This document shows positions 51,142 to 64,000 of a stretch of 64,000 bases of DNA, piece after piece. Source of the stretch: Piromyces finnis finn (taxonomy: Eukaryota > Fungi > Neocallimastigomycota); assembly GCA_002104945.1 (NCBI GenBank), contig MCFH01000072.1, positions 124,001 to 188,000 on the forward strand, read 5' to 3'. Every line of letters starts with the position of its first letter. The stretch's first letter is position 1. The notes under the pieces are model-generated. The model did not search any database. It worked only from the letters and a program-made list of their open reading frames with translations, and had not been told where the DNA came from. Position numbers and translations under genes: made by a program.

Positions 51142-54100
51142 TTATTCTTTAAGCAATTTTATAATTTGACTTTGCTTAGATAATGATAATAATGGACCAA
51201 TGGTAGCTAATATTGCTGAAACAATACAACATCCAACAACAACTAGTATTAATATGTATGGGAATGAGAAAGATAATGGTATATGAATAAATTCAGTTCT
51301 TTGTTTCATTATAGTAATTCCTAAAATGTATCCAACAATGATCTAAAGAAAAAAAAAATAAATAAATAAAAAAATTTATTGATTTTATAAATATTATTAT
51401 ATTTGAATTATTATTATTATTATTTCTAAATTTTATATAGATAAGAAAACCTACACCAAGAATACCAGCACTCATTAAAATGGTAAATCCTTCATAAATG
51501 TAAATTTTTATTAAACTAAATCTATTTACACCAAGTGACCTTAAAATACCAATTTCTTGTTTTTGTTCCATTATATTCATATACATAATATTACTTAAAC
51601 TGAAGAACGCAATTAAAGAGAATGCTACAGTGATAACACTAAAAGCATAATTAAGAATTGTTCTAACATCTTCAGTAAATTCTAATTCATCATCTAATGT
51701 CTCTACATTGACACGCATATTAAAGACTGTTAACATTTGGGATTTGATTTTCTTTTTAATTTCTTTAGTGATATTTGCATTATATGAAATTATCATATAT
51801 TGAAGAATTATATCCTTCATGGAGGTATAGAACTCTTTTCCTAATTCATACATACCAGGGAATGAAACTAATGAGGATAAACCACTCGCCATAACTTTAG
51901 ACATATCTACAAGTGGAGCAGATTCTAAATAAGATAAAGGTTGAACTTCTCTCCAACAATAAGTTTCATTACTGAAAATATATTTTATTAATAATTTATC
52001 ATCAAATTTTCCTTCCATTACAAATTCATCTTTATATGCGACTGGGTAAATCATACGATTATCACCTTCATATGAGTAAAGTTGCTCTGTTTGTATAGAC
52101 GTTAATTGATTCGTCATTTCATTTGTGGGATATAAAAATTTTGTCTTTCCAAAAGAAGTACTTACCACATCAAAAAAGTTTGGGCTTATTGCTCTTATAT
52201 GAGTTCGATAAGGATCAACACGACCAATATTAGATATTTTTATATCACTTATATTTTTATTTTTATATACAAAATGATCCGATAAATAAGCCCAATCATT
52301 TACCTCTGGTATTGAACTTAAATATTCTTCTGCTGCCTTTAATTGTAACCAAAAACTACCAGTATTATAAATATTTTGAATATATATTCGAGCGTCTGCA
52401 CCAATTTTTGCTCTGGCACTATTTGATATAATTATTATATTAACAAAAAAAAAAAAAAAAAAGTATTATTTTTAAAAATAACAAAAAGAAAAATATATAA
52501 TTTTAAATATTTATTTTATATCTATATTTTTTATAATCATATATAATTATTATTATATTAATAATATTTTAATTTTTATTTCAACTTACTTATATTCCAT
52601 TGTATTTAATTCAACATCCGATACAGATTGTAAGAATATAATGCATGTAATACTCATAGCAAACATTAAAGCTGTCTTTTTATTTTTAAGTCTATGACTT
52701 AATAAATTTTTTTTTGTAAGAATACTAATTCCTTTTTTTTCCCAAAAGTTTATGAAAAAGACGATATACAATACTATTCGTTCTACTATTGGTTGTAAAT
52801 TCAATGATAATGTTATCATACCAAAAAGCATACATAACAAAACCGCAAATAAAATAGTTAAAACATTAGCAATATTCATACTAATTAATGATGCTGGTAA
52901 AAAGTAACATAATAACCCTCCAATAAGAGAAAAAGATCCACCAACAGCAATTAACGTTTTATTAGCTTTAATTGTTTTATAAAATTTATTCTCGACTGTA
53001 ATAATATATCCATTAAGATTATGACGACGATCCAATGAATCTCTAATATTAGATGACAACGCTTTTCTAATTGGGAAATACGAGGCTATAATTGGTACAC
53101 ATAGACCTAAACCAATACCACATAATACTGCTTTAAATGATAATATTGGTGTAATAGAATGTTTTAATGTGGTTTCAATTAGTGGTTGGAAATATATAAT
53201 TAATACTTGGGCCGTAATAAATGCTAATGCGGTTCCCGGAAGACTATATGAAATGCCTTGAACCTTTTTTTTTTTTAGTTTAAAATAAATAATATAATTA
53301 ACATAGTAAATAAGATATAAGTTTTTGGTTAAATAGCTAAATTAAAGCAATCATTTTGTATAAATTATAATAAATCCAAATATTAATAATTACCAATATC
53401 ATAAATATCATATTTTTTCTTTTCATTCCCACCATTCTTTGAATACCTAATTGATGTGTTTTTGATTCAACAGATACCATCATAAGACAATTAATTAAAA
53501 ATATCGATAATAATGCTAATAAAAGTACAATGATTGTAAATGTTAAATTTAAAAATGATGCCATTGTTGAATTTTCTTTAAATTCTTTTAAAACGTCTAA
53601 AGATGTATATATTTCATGAAAACCAAGATACCATGCGATTTTTGAACTCCATTGAATAACATCTTTCGCAATTTTATCGAAGGATTGTCCTAAATACCAG
53701 GAACTTCTAGGACCTGGTAAATTAAAAACAACATCATTAACATCTTCATAATATTTTTTATCAGTTTGTAATTTAAACATTAATGGGTAAGCTTCTATTT
53801 CAGCAAAAGATAATTCATTATCACGTATACGCATTTCTGCAATTTTTTGGTGAATTTCAGCAACATCCTGGAAAAAAGTTGTCATTTCAATAATTGCAAT
53901 ATAATTATTACTCGTAGATCCAAATTTGCACGAGGCACCACTAATTGAAAAAATATCTTCTATTTTATATGGTATAGAATATATGATTGCATCAATATTT
54001 GCTCTTATGTTTGTAAAAACTTCATTAAATGCAACTGCGTACATGTCTCTAGTACTAAATGATAGTATTATTGTATCATTAACTTTAACTTTTAAATCAT

Positions 54101-54773
54101 CTGCTAATGTATCACTGATGAGAATCTTCCCATTGGAAGGATATTTATAATTCCAATTCTTACAAATTTCCAATTTTTTTTCCTTTTCCATATCTAATAT
54201 ATATGTACTGATCTGATGATTTCGAGAGCAATCATTCAATAAATAATTACGGGATTGATACCATTTTTTATGACTATATACAACATAATCAATAGGGTTG
54301 TTTAATGAGGAATTATATGAGGAACAACTTAATAAATTATGAGCATATGCATTTCCATTTTTCCATCTAGGAGTATGTAATTGATATTTTTTTGGTAAAT
54401 TACTGTCAATCACATTAGCTACTTTAGTGTAATTTATTGGTGCTTTAAAAGGAAGTTTTATATCCATATCAATTTCACCTGAATTTTGTTCACTTAATAC
54501 TAAAAAAATAATTGGTGAGAATTTCAAGCACATAATTAAAAGAATAACAATAAATACTACTAAATAAATAGAGCAACATCCTATTAAAAAGTGACCCTTT
54601 TTACTTTTATGATCTCTTATACTAAGTCTAGTATAAAGACTTACGTCACTTATAAAATTATTAAATTTTTTAACATATCCTTTTTTTTCTGTCCCATCTT
54701 TTTCTTCTTTTACTATTGTATTTTCACTATTTTTAAGAACATAATTTATTTTATTGTTTTTTATATCATCCAT
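51142..54773 (-). CDS. FtsX/MacB-family ABC-permease-like membrane protein with two FtsX domains (about 1080 aa, 4 exons)
   Basis: Exons 54773-53394, 53263-about 52590, about 52418-51440, about 51346-51142. Two FtsX signatures, SVESKTHQLGIQRMVGMKRKNMI and NIMEQKQEIGILRSLGVNRFSLIKIYIYEG. Multiple hydrophobic segments and two large soluble domains, each following a single TM. Confidence 0.85.
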
Positions 54774-55542
54774 TTATTTATATTTTATATAAATTTAATT
54801 AATTATAATATTTATATTATGCGTATGAATTTATTTCTATAAATTTATTATTTATATGCAGTGTTTTTTTTTTTTAATTAGAAAAATAATGAAAATCTAT
54901 AATTCAATAAATATTTATAATCTTATTTAAATGTTTATTGTATTAAAGGTATTAGTAATCATATTTAAAACAAAAACTTTTTTATTTATTCAAGTAATTA
55001 TTGTAATTTATTTTGCTCTATATGATTTCTAAATAATATGAATTATAGAAAAGTAGATAAAAAAAAAATCTTCTATATTAATAAAAATAAATTTTAATAA
55101 AAATTTTATTTATTTATTATATTTTTTAATTAATTATTTTTTCTTCTATTTTTTTTTTTTTTAAATTTTTAAAAAACAAAACAAAGTATAATTAAAATAT
55201 ATTAAATTATAATTTTATTTTTTTTTCTTTTTTTGAATAAAATTAAAATTATTTTACACTATATAATACCAATAATATAATTGAATAATATAATTGGTAA
55301 TAATCTTTATTCCGAAGTAATTTTAAATAAAAAAGAACTTTATTGAAATTGATGCTATTATTTAATATTTTTTTTCAAAGGAGTTTTTCATAAAAAAAAA
55401 AGTAATTCTTTTTAAATATAAATATATGATAAAGGTATATTGAATTTTAAGTATGAAATATATCATAAATGTAAATTTTATTTATAATTTATGTAATTAT
55501 TCCAATAAAGCAAATATATTATTATGATCTTTTATTAATTAA

Positions 55543-58500
55543 TTAATCCACAACTTCAACATTTTCTGGTAGCTCAGTAATAAATTTTATTATCCAAATT
55601 CTTGAATAAGTGTTGCAATAACCTTCTACGGGTTCTTTCTCAGGCTCTCTACAATTAAAAGTACTACCAATATCCCATATTATTCCCCCTTTTAAAACTA
55701 CCTTATAACATGTTTCAATAGTTTCTGGATTAAATGTTTTTAAGGTGATTACTGATGTAGATGTATTTTGATTTCCTTTTGCGGAACTATGAGGTTTTGA
55801 AGATACTTCTGGATTATTTTGTTGCGTATTAGTTGATATATAATTGATATTAGTTGAATTATTAGTTTCATCATTATTTATTTGATTATTTTCAATTTTA
55901 TTATCTAATTGATCTGATTTCAAATTGGTATTATTATTATCATTTATTAATATACTTTTACTTTTATTATTATTAATTAAATTCTGATAATCATCTGTTA
56001 AAAATTTAAAATCAGGGTTTTTCAGTATATTTTTATTAATATGATTTGATAAATCAATTCCTTCTTTAAAATAATTACTCCAAAAGTTTAATACTGGATC
56101 TAAAATTTTTACACTAATTTTCTTTACTCCTACGTTTTCAGATGAACCACTACTTGGCTCAATAATAAATCTTCTTTTAGAATCATTATTCACTTCATCT
56201 AATGGTATTACTGTAACTGAACCATAATTATTAACAAAAAATGTATTATTATATGGTTTTATACTGAACTCTGATGGAATAATTTTTTTATTTTCTGTTT
56301 TTACAAAAGATGGAACTTTTCCATTAACAATATTAAATTCTTTTGTGAATAATACATAAACAGTTTGATTATATTTTTGACTTAAAGATCTTGATATTTT
56401 CCAAATAAATTTTAATGTTTTGTATCGTGGATGAATAAAAGTTGATACTAATGAAAGGGGTATTATATCATTAATTTCATTTGGATTAGTTTCACCTTTT
56501 TTATCTTTTGTTTTTGATACTTTCTTTGGTTCTTCTTCTATTACATTATCTTTCATATTTTGAGTTAACGACATTGGATTATTGTGATTTGCATATACCT
56601 CTAATGGAGGAATAACAGGATCTTCAATATACAAATCAGAATTATGATCAAATCCAGATAAATAAAATGAGTTTTGCCAACATCTTCCATTTACTCTAAT
56701 TTTTTGATATTCCTTTATTCCAATGATTTCAATAAAAAAGAAGTCATAATAATTATCACTCTCATGATCTGGTGAAAACTTAATACTAATTTCGATTTTA
56801 TCCATAGAAGATACTTCACCTTCATATGAATTAAAATGAAATGGAGAAATAAAATTAATATTCGAAGTTCCATTGCTTATAATTTTTTCATTGGAATCTT
56901 CCTTATCATGTACTTTATATTTAATAGGAATTGCTGTTTGATTATTTATTGTTAAAATTTGTGTTCCGATTTCACCAAGCATTATATCATTAAATTCAAT
57001 GTTTTTTGGTTCTATGGATACCTTTGGTTCAATTCCAGTACCATTTAGTTCAAGTTTAATACAAGATGTTTCAGTATAAAACTCACATATTTCTTTATAT
57101 AATACTGGTCTTATTGGTCTAAAGAGTATTTTTGCAACAAAAGTTGATTTTGGTGGTATTTCTCTTAAATAACAAACTAAATCAAAGGGTCCTACAGGAT
57201 TAAGACATTTCATATTAATTTTTTTTGGTTCATTCGATTCATTTTTTATTGGGATATCATATATGCTTTCACTATTAAGTAAAACGTTGCCGAAAAATAT
57301 TTTGGATTCTTTATTATCATTAATTAAATCTGGTTTAGTAATTGTAGTTGATACTAATAAATGAATTACAAATTCATCGTTCTGTTGATATTCTTTTTCA
57401 TTTACATCAGTTTTCATTCCAAATGGTATCTTTAATTTTGATAAATCAATATTAAAATTCTTATGTTGATTTATTTTACATGGAATTATAAAATCTAAAT
57501 TTTTAACTATTGGTGATTTTTCTGGAATAGTAATAGTGGATATTGAATTATTACTAATCGGTTTATTAGGTGTCTTTTTATTTTTTATGACTTTTTGATT
57601 AGATGACTGAGCTTGATTAGAAGAAGTAGCATTTATAGTACCTTCTTTTTTCATATTAACTTTTTTTTCATTACTTTCCTCAAAATGTACTGTTCCAATA
57701 TTCTTCAATTCATCTTCAGACATACCACCTTCTATATTATAATCAGATTCTGATGGGAAAAATGAAATATCAAGATATTCATAATCAAGAGGCTTTAATG
57801 TACCCTCCTGAGGGGTGATTCTAATGCAATTATATATTCTATTTTTATTTTCTATTGGTATATCAGTAATTAATTTCTTACTTAAGTCAATTTCTTGTGC
57901 CTTAAAGAGCACAGGCATTCCAAATTTAAAATCAAACATACTTTGAGATTTAAAATTATCAGAATTTTTCCAATTATTGCCATCATTATGTATCATACCA
58001 ATATATGTAGTATTAACTTTTCCAATAGATGTTGTAGACAATTTGATATAATTCTCTGATAACCTAAGAGCTGATTGAACACCATTTCCAGTACACATTA
58101 TTTCAAATTTTAACCCATGATCCGTATATCCTATAATTTTCATATTACTTCCATTATATTTTATTGTTTCTAATGGTTGAAATATTAAATATACCTCAAT
58201 AACTTCACGAGACTTTAATTTAATTATTGGTTTATTTTGAGAGTTTAATACTGATAAAACAGGATTCTTTGATTGGAAATATAATTTTTGAGGTAAAAGT
58301 GAATTATTTGTGATTTTAATTGGAAAATATCCTTTTTCACATATGGAAATATTTTTAAAATCTATTAATCCATTAGGTTCTACTTTTATTCCAACAGATG
58401 TAATTCTTCCTTTTAACAAAATTGGTATAGGACATTTGACATTACCATATATATATGTAATTATTACAGGTATTTCAAAATATTCATCAATAAGATCTCT

Positions 58501-61500
58501 TTTTAAACTAATTTTCTTTTGGATTTTTATTTTAAACCATATTGAAAATGGTTCTTTTGGTTGAGCAAATGCAAATTGAGGACTTAATTCAAAAGATTCA
58601 ATAAATGATGGTAATGATTTTATATAAAATTGACTTTGATCTGTTATATTTAATCCCATATTTTTAAAGATATTAATGTCAATGTCTTCCAAAAGATTAC
58701 CATTTGCTTTGTAGAATTTATCATTTGCTAAAGCAACTGTAAATTTTAATGCCATATTGGATTCATTTTTTATTTGAACTCTATTTCTATATAAACTTCC
58801 AGCTACACATAATTTAAAATCTAATACATTATTATCTATAAACATAGGAACTTCTAATGCATGACCAATACATTTTATATATATTGGTTTTGCACTTTTA
58901 TTATCAAATTCAATAATAAATAACTTTACATCTTCTCTAAATTGTAAAGATACATTATTTATTAGGTTATCACTTGGAGAATGAGGCTCATATTGAGGTG
59001 AATATTTAATATTAATATTAATATTTTTATCTCTTATCAATTGACCATTGGAATTTTTTATGACTGAAAATAATGGTTCTTTACTAGAATTTCCAACTAT
59101 ATTTTGTTGAACTGTTTTATTTTTTATATTATTTATACTATTTGTCAGGTTATTATCCTCTATTGTATTTTCTTTAATAACTAAATCATTTGTAATATTA
59201 ATTTCACTTTTTGATAAATCATAAGTATTATTTATAAAGCTATTTGAGGAATTTAATTTTTCATCATTATTATTATCGTTTAATTCATTATTTTCAAATA
59301 TTTCAGTACTTTCTATTGGTCTTATAGAATATGATGTTTCTATAGCTCCAATATTTCCAATTTCTATAATTTTATTAATGAATCCTCCTGAAATACATTT
59401 TCCAAAATATATTTCAATTTCATTATCATTAATTATTTGATTTGATGCATATTTTTTATTTGGATCATCACTACTTGCATTAAGTAATTGCGAATTATCA
59501 CGTAATTTTTTATTAAGATTTTTACCATTAATAGATATGATTTTTGGAATACATTGTTTTACACAACAGTTAATTGGTATCTTAAATATTCCTCCATATG
59601 CCGCTTCAAAGTTAATACTTGAATTTGTAATATTTTCATTAAAGCCATTTGGACAATTGAAAATAATATCGATTTTGCATGTCATTCCAGCTGACATCAT
59701 ACCTTGTAGCTTATATTGAACTTCAAAATATGATGCTATTTCAATAGGAAGTGGTAAAAGTTTAAAAGTATTTACTCTACATGAGGTATTAGTTAATGTT
59801 ACTTTTTTAACATATCTTTTTCCTGATTCAAAATCTTCAAATGACAAACTTGAAGGTTTTGCAGAAAATGGAATAATATTTTTATCTAGTTGATTGACTG
59901 TTTCATTTTTTATTTCTTTTACACTAGGAAGTGGGATATGTACTCTTTCGACTTTATTATTATTATTAAATTTATTTATATCCGATTTTTCTATTTCATT
60001 TAATTCACTATTAATTTTCGTAGTTTTTGTATTATCACTATCATAATGATACTTTATGCCTTTCTTTTCAAAATTTAATGAATTTTGTTGTTTTTTTGAA
60101 ATATCATTAAGATTTGATATTTGAATTTCTTTTTCACATGATTTTGTTATACCATCAATATTAAAACTGATATTTTTATCATTATAATTTTCTTTTTTTT
60201 TATCACCATTAGTATCATTTTCTAATGTAATTGTTTTATCTTTAGAATATGAAGCATTCTTCGTTAAAGTATCTATATTATCGTCATCTAATAAATATTC
60301 TTTATGATCTTCAATCAATTTTGAATAATATATATCTTTTTTTCTATTATTTATCACATCAGTATATTTTAATATATTTTTATCTTTAATTTCTTTTTGT
60401 TCTTCATCAATAATTTTATTTATAATATTATTACTATTTAAATGTTGATGTATTTTATTTTTTTTAATATTATCATTAATTATAAATCTTCTAGCCTCTA
60501 TATATTTTACTGGATTATTTAGTTGAAATTCATATTTCGATATTTCAGGTAAAGGATATTTTGTTTTTTTTAAATTTTGCTTATTTTGATTAATTTCATT
60601 ATTTAGTAAATGTAAGGTTTCTAATTTTCTATTAATTTCCTTATTTTTTTGCTCTTCATTTTTAATATTTTCAATTTTATTCTGATTTCGAATTATTAAA
60701 TAATTAATAATTATTTTGATATAAATATATAAATATAAATAATATATTATTTATAATGTTAAAAATTGTATAATTTTAAACATTTCTTTATTTACCTGGT
60801 TTTTAACTTTTAAAACTCTCATATATGCTTCTTTTCTTTTTTTGTTATTTCTTTTCTCTAGCGATTTATTTTTTAAATTTTCCAAATATTTTTTTTCTTT
60901 TTCATCCCTTTTTTTTTGCTTTTCATTTGAAATTAATTTTAAACATTTATAATGCTCCATTTTTGATAATCTTTTAGAAGTTATTAACATTTCTTTTAAT
61001 CTTTCCTTCTCCAACTCTACAGTTAAATAATCCAGGTCTTTGATTTTTTCATATTCAAGTGTAGAAATACCTAATCTTAAACCAATATTTATTCTTTTTT
61101 CATTTAATAAGTCAATTATTTTTTTTGATAATAATAACATTTTATATTTGTCTTTGTGTTCAATATACATATTTCTATATTTAATATCCTCTCGTAGTTC
61201 TCGAGACATAGGAACTCTCAATTGGTATGCATGGTTTATATTATATTCAAAATCAACAAATGAATTACTTATATCTATATCTGGTACTTTTTGTTTAGCA
61301 TATTCACATAATTTTATTGTATTATTAACATAATCCATCAATAAAACATTTGCTGTATTCTATAATATATGTTCTAATTAATATAAATATATAATAAAGA
61401 GTATAATATTATTTATCATATAATATATACCTGTATACTTAGTATATCATTTTTAATCTCATTAAATAATTTTTCATCTTCCTTTAATTTATTTCTTTTT

Positions 61501-62447
61501 TCATTTATTTCCCTTTTTTGTTTGAAAAAATCTTTTTGAGCTATTTCAGAATTAAATTTTTTTGACTGATTATCTGAACTTAAATGATATTTATTTTTAT
61601 AATCCATATATTTCTCTAATATTTTATTTTTACTATTTTTATATGATTCTCCAGAAATATCTGGTAAATCATTAAGCGAATCCATATTTTGAAATAAATT
61701 ATTATATTTAAATATAAATTCTTCATATTTTCTATCCTTATCATTTTCTATGCTAATTTTTTTGATAATATTATTTTCTTGATCTTGAATTTTAACATTA
61801 TTTATATTATTATAATTCTCTTCATTTTCGCTCTTTTTGAAATATTTATCTAAAATGTTATCTAGTTTATTTTTATCTTCCATTTTTGATTTAAATTCGT
61901 GATACATTCGTTCATCAGGATCATCTATATTATATGCATTTATATTATTTTCATCAATTACACGAAAATCTTCTTTATTCTCTTGAAAATAACCAGGAAA
62001 TAAGTTCTTATCATTATATATAAAATTAAATATTTCATCATTATTGTATAATTCAGTCCATTCTTCATCATTAATTTGATCTCTTGCATCTTCATATTGA
62101 TCTTCGTCAAAAAGATTACTTTCTTCATCGCTACTGAAAATCCATGGATTACTAGGAAAACTATCGTTATCATGGTCATCATCTTCAAAAGGATAATTAA
62201 TATCTTCACGACTTTCATAATTATCATATTCGTTTTTAGGCATTACCATATCATCATAGTATTTCAAATGATATACTTCAGTATCAATCAATTTATTTTC
62301 ATTATTAACTAATTCTGTTTTTAAAGTAGTTTCATCCTTTTCAGTATTATTATCATTGTCTATAATATTTTCATTACTCTCATCATTTTTTTCATCTTTA
62401 TAAATAACTTCTTCATTATTTGTATTATTATCTATAGTTGTTTCCAT
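55543..62447 (-). CDS. CFAP74: Cilia- and flagella-associated protein 74 (central apparatus; coiled-coil + ASH/Ig-like repeats), about 2239 aa, 3 exons
   Basis: Exons 62447-61431, 61359-60796, 60681-55543 in frame; I checked that the large ORF stays open upstream to the CAG acceptor at 60682. Motif PFSAKPSSLSFEDFESGKRYVKKVTLTN..NTFKL..GMMSAGMTC..GGIFKIPINC, followed by repeated ASH-like units (IDFKNI, IFFGNV, IEFNDIMLGE). Confidence 0.85.
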
Positions 62448-62861
62448 AATTTCAAATTTATATATTTTAATTTTTTTTTTTATTAATAAATAATAAATAA
62501 TTTTATTAATAATACAAATCTCAAAAATTATACTGCTTTAAAAAATAATTTCATTTAATTAAAAAATTATTTGAAATAATATAAACATTTTTAATTTTTA
62601 TACAAAACTTTAAAAAGTGTAAATTTATTTGAATAAATACTTTCCATTTTTATAAAATGTTGGTTATTGATATACATTTAATTTAAAATATATTAATCTA
62701 ATGTATATTTAATTAATAATTATTTGTATACAAAGTTTTATAATTAAAAACAACTATTTTTATGTAGTTAATAAAATATAATGTAATTATAAGAATTAAT
62801 AATAACTATATATAATTTCAATAATAATAATAATAAATAGTAAAAGTTAATAAGATTTTAA

Positions 62862-64000
62862 TTATTCTTTAGACATATTTTCATTAGCTTTTGGGAACAT
62901 CTGTGGATGATTTTTCATGAAATTAATTGCAAATTCATCAGCTCCAACAATAACAAACGGATGTGACCAGAACTTAAGTTGTGCACCTTTTAATATATAT
63001 TTTTAAATTTTAAAATAAATATTTAATTTATAAATATATATAGAGAGAATAATATAGCATTATATTACCTATATAGAAATCTTCTGTCTTAAATGTTTCA
63101 GTTGATGCTGGATTATTAGGTTCTTTTTTTATAACATTACGTTCTTAATCATATAAACATATATTTAATTAATATATTATTCCTTTAAAAGTTATGTAAT
63201 TTATAAAATAAATACTACCTAAAAACTTTGTATGTATAATACCACTATTTCTTTGTTGTGGTTCATATACACTAATTGTATCATCTTCTAAATAATATGT
63301 AATTATAAATCTTCTATCTAAATCAATTTGCTTTTCAGTATTTAAAACAGCAAGATATCTAAGATTTACATGCTCCCAGTTAATAAATTTTTGGAAATCT
63401 CTTTTAGCTGGTTTTTCAACCAATGGAGAAGCTGGTGGTATCTCATATGATTCATCTTCAACATTATCATATTTTTCAAATTCTATATTTTCTAGCATTC
63501 TAATACCATATTTTTCATAGTAATAATTGCGAGTAAATTCATCACAATCACATATAACGACTTTTCTATTATAAATATCTAAAGTTACACCAATACCTAA
63601 GTCATAATCTCTATAATATTCATTTGTTGGTGATTCTTTACATTTTTCCATATTAATATCTTGTAATGCAACTTTCTTTGGTAAACTAGATCTTCTAAGA
63701 AATTGAGTTGATTCATTTCTACCAGAATTTTGAGGGTAATGTTCTAAAATTTCAATTGTATCATCTGATAAATAATAATGTAAAATCTTTATTTATATAA
63801 ATATTGTAAAATATTGTATATTAATTCATCAATAAATCAATTATAGCAAATATTTATGTATAGAATTGTATATAATCAATTATTTATTTACCAATTTACG
63901 TTTATCCCCAAACATAGAATTTCTATCATCCCAAATACAATAAAATCTTAAAACATGTCTATCATTTTCTAAAAATTGTCTTAAACTATAATCAGCTTTA
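62862..64000 (-). CDS. EFHC1: EFHC1/EFHC2 (Rib72) DM10-domain microtubule inner protein, 5' partial
   Basis: DM10 repeats FLENDRHVLRFYCIWDD..YYLSDDTIEI..NSGR..FLRR and LRYLAVL..RRFIITYYLEDDTISVYEPQQRNSGI..FL..HPFVIVGADEF. Stop at 62862-62864. Confidence 0.92.

Overview
Extremely AT-rich, intron-containing eukaryotic DNA. It is most likely from an anaerobic gut fungus (Neocallimastigomycota), inferred from a GH26 mannanase carrying a fungal dockerin/CBM10-like module, zoospore axoneme genes and short GT-AG introns. I reconstructed about 17 protein-coding genes by hand-splicing: a soluble-adenylyl-cyclase-like STAND NTPase/TPR protein (5' partial), GH26 mannanase, thiamine pyrophosphokinase, SLU7, ARV1, SWT1, PIERCE-like microtubule inner protein, GrpE/MGE1, DAAM-like formin, a single-exon orphan, SVF1, a 6-exon orphan, TRM9, MATH-BTB, deoxyhypusine synthase, an FtsX/MacB-type permease, CFAP74 and EFHC1/Rib72 (5' partial; counted with the rest this gives 18 loci). 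ARV1 and PIERCE are absent from the supplied ORF track. No tRNA, rRNA, CRISPR or recognisable transposon was seen. The most intriguing items are a bacterial-style double-FtsX permease with no ATPase, a GH26-dockerin enzyme with a hidden last exon encoding a GPI-like anchor, a NTPase domain with degenerate Walker motifs, and a formin with an N-myristoylation motif and a displaced DAD. All family assignments come from motif recall; no database search was run.
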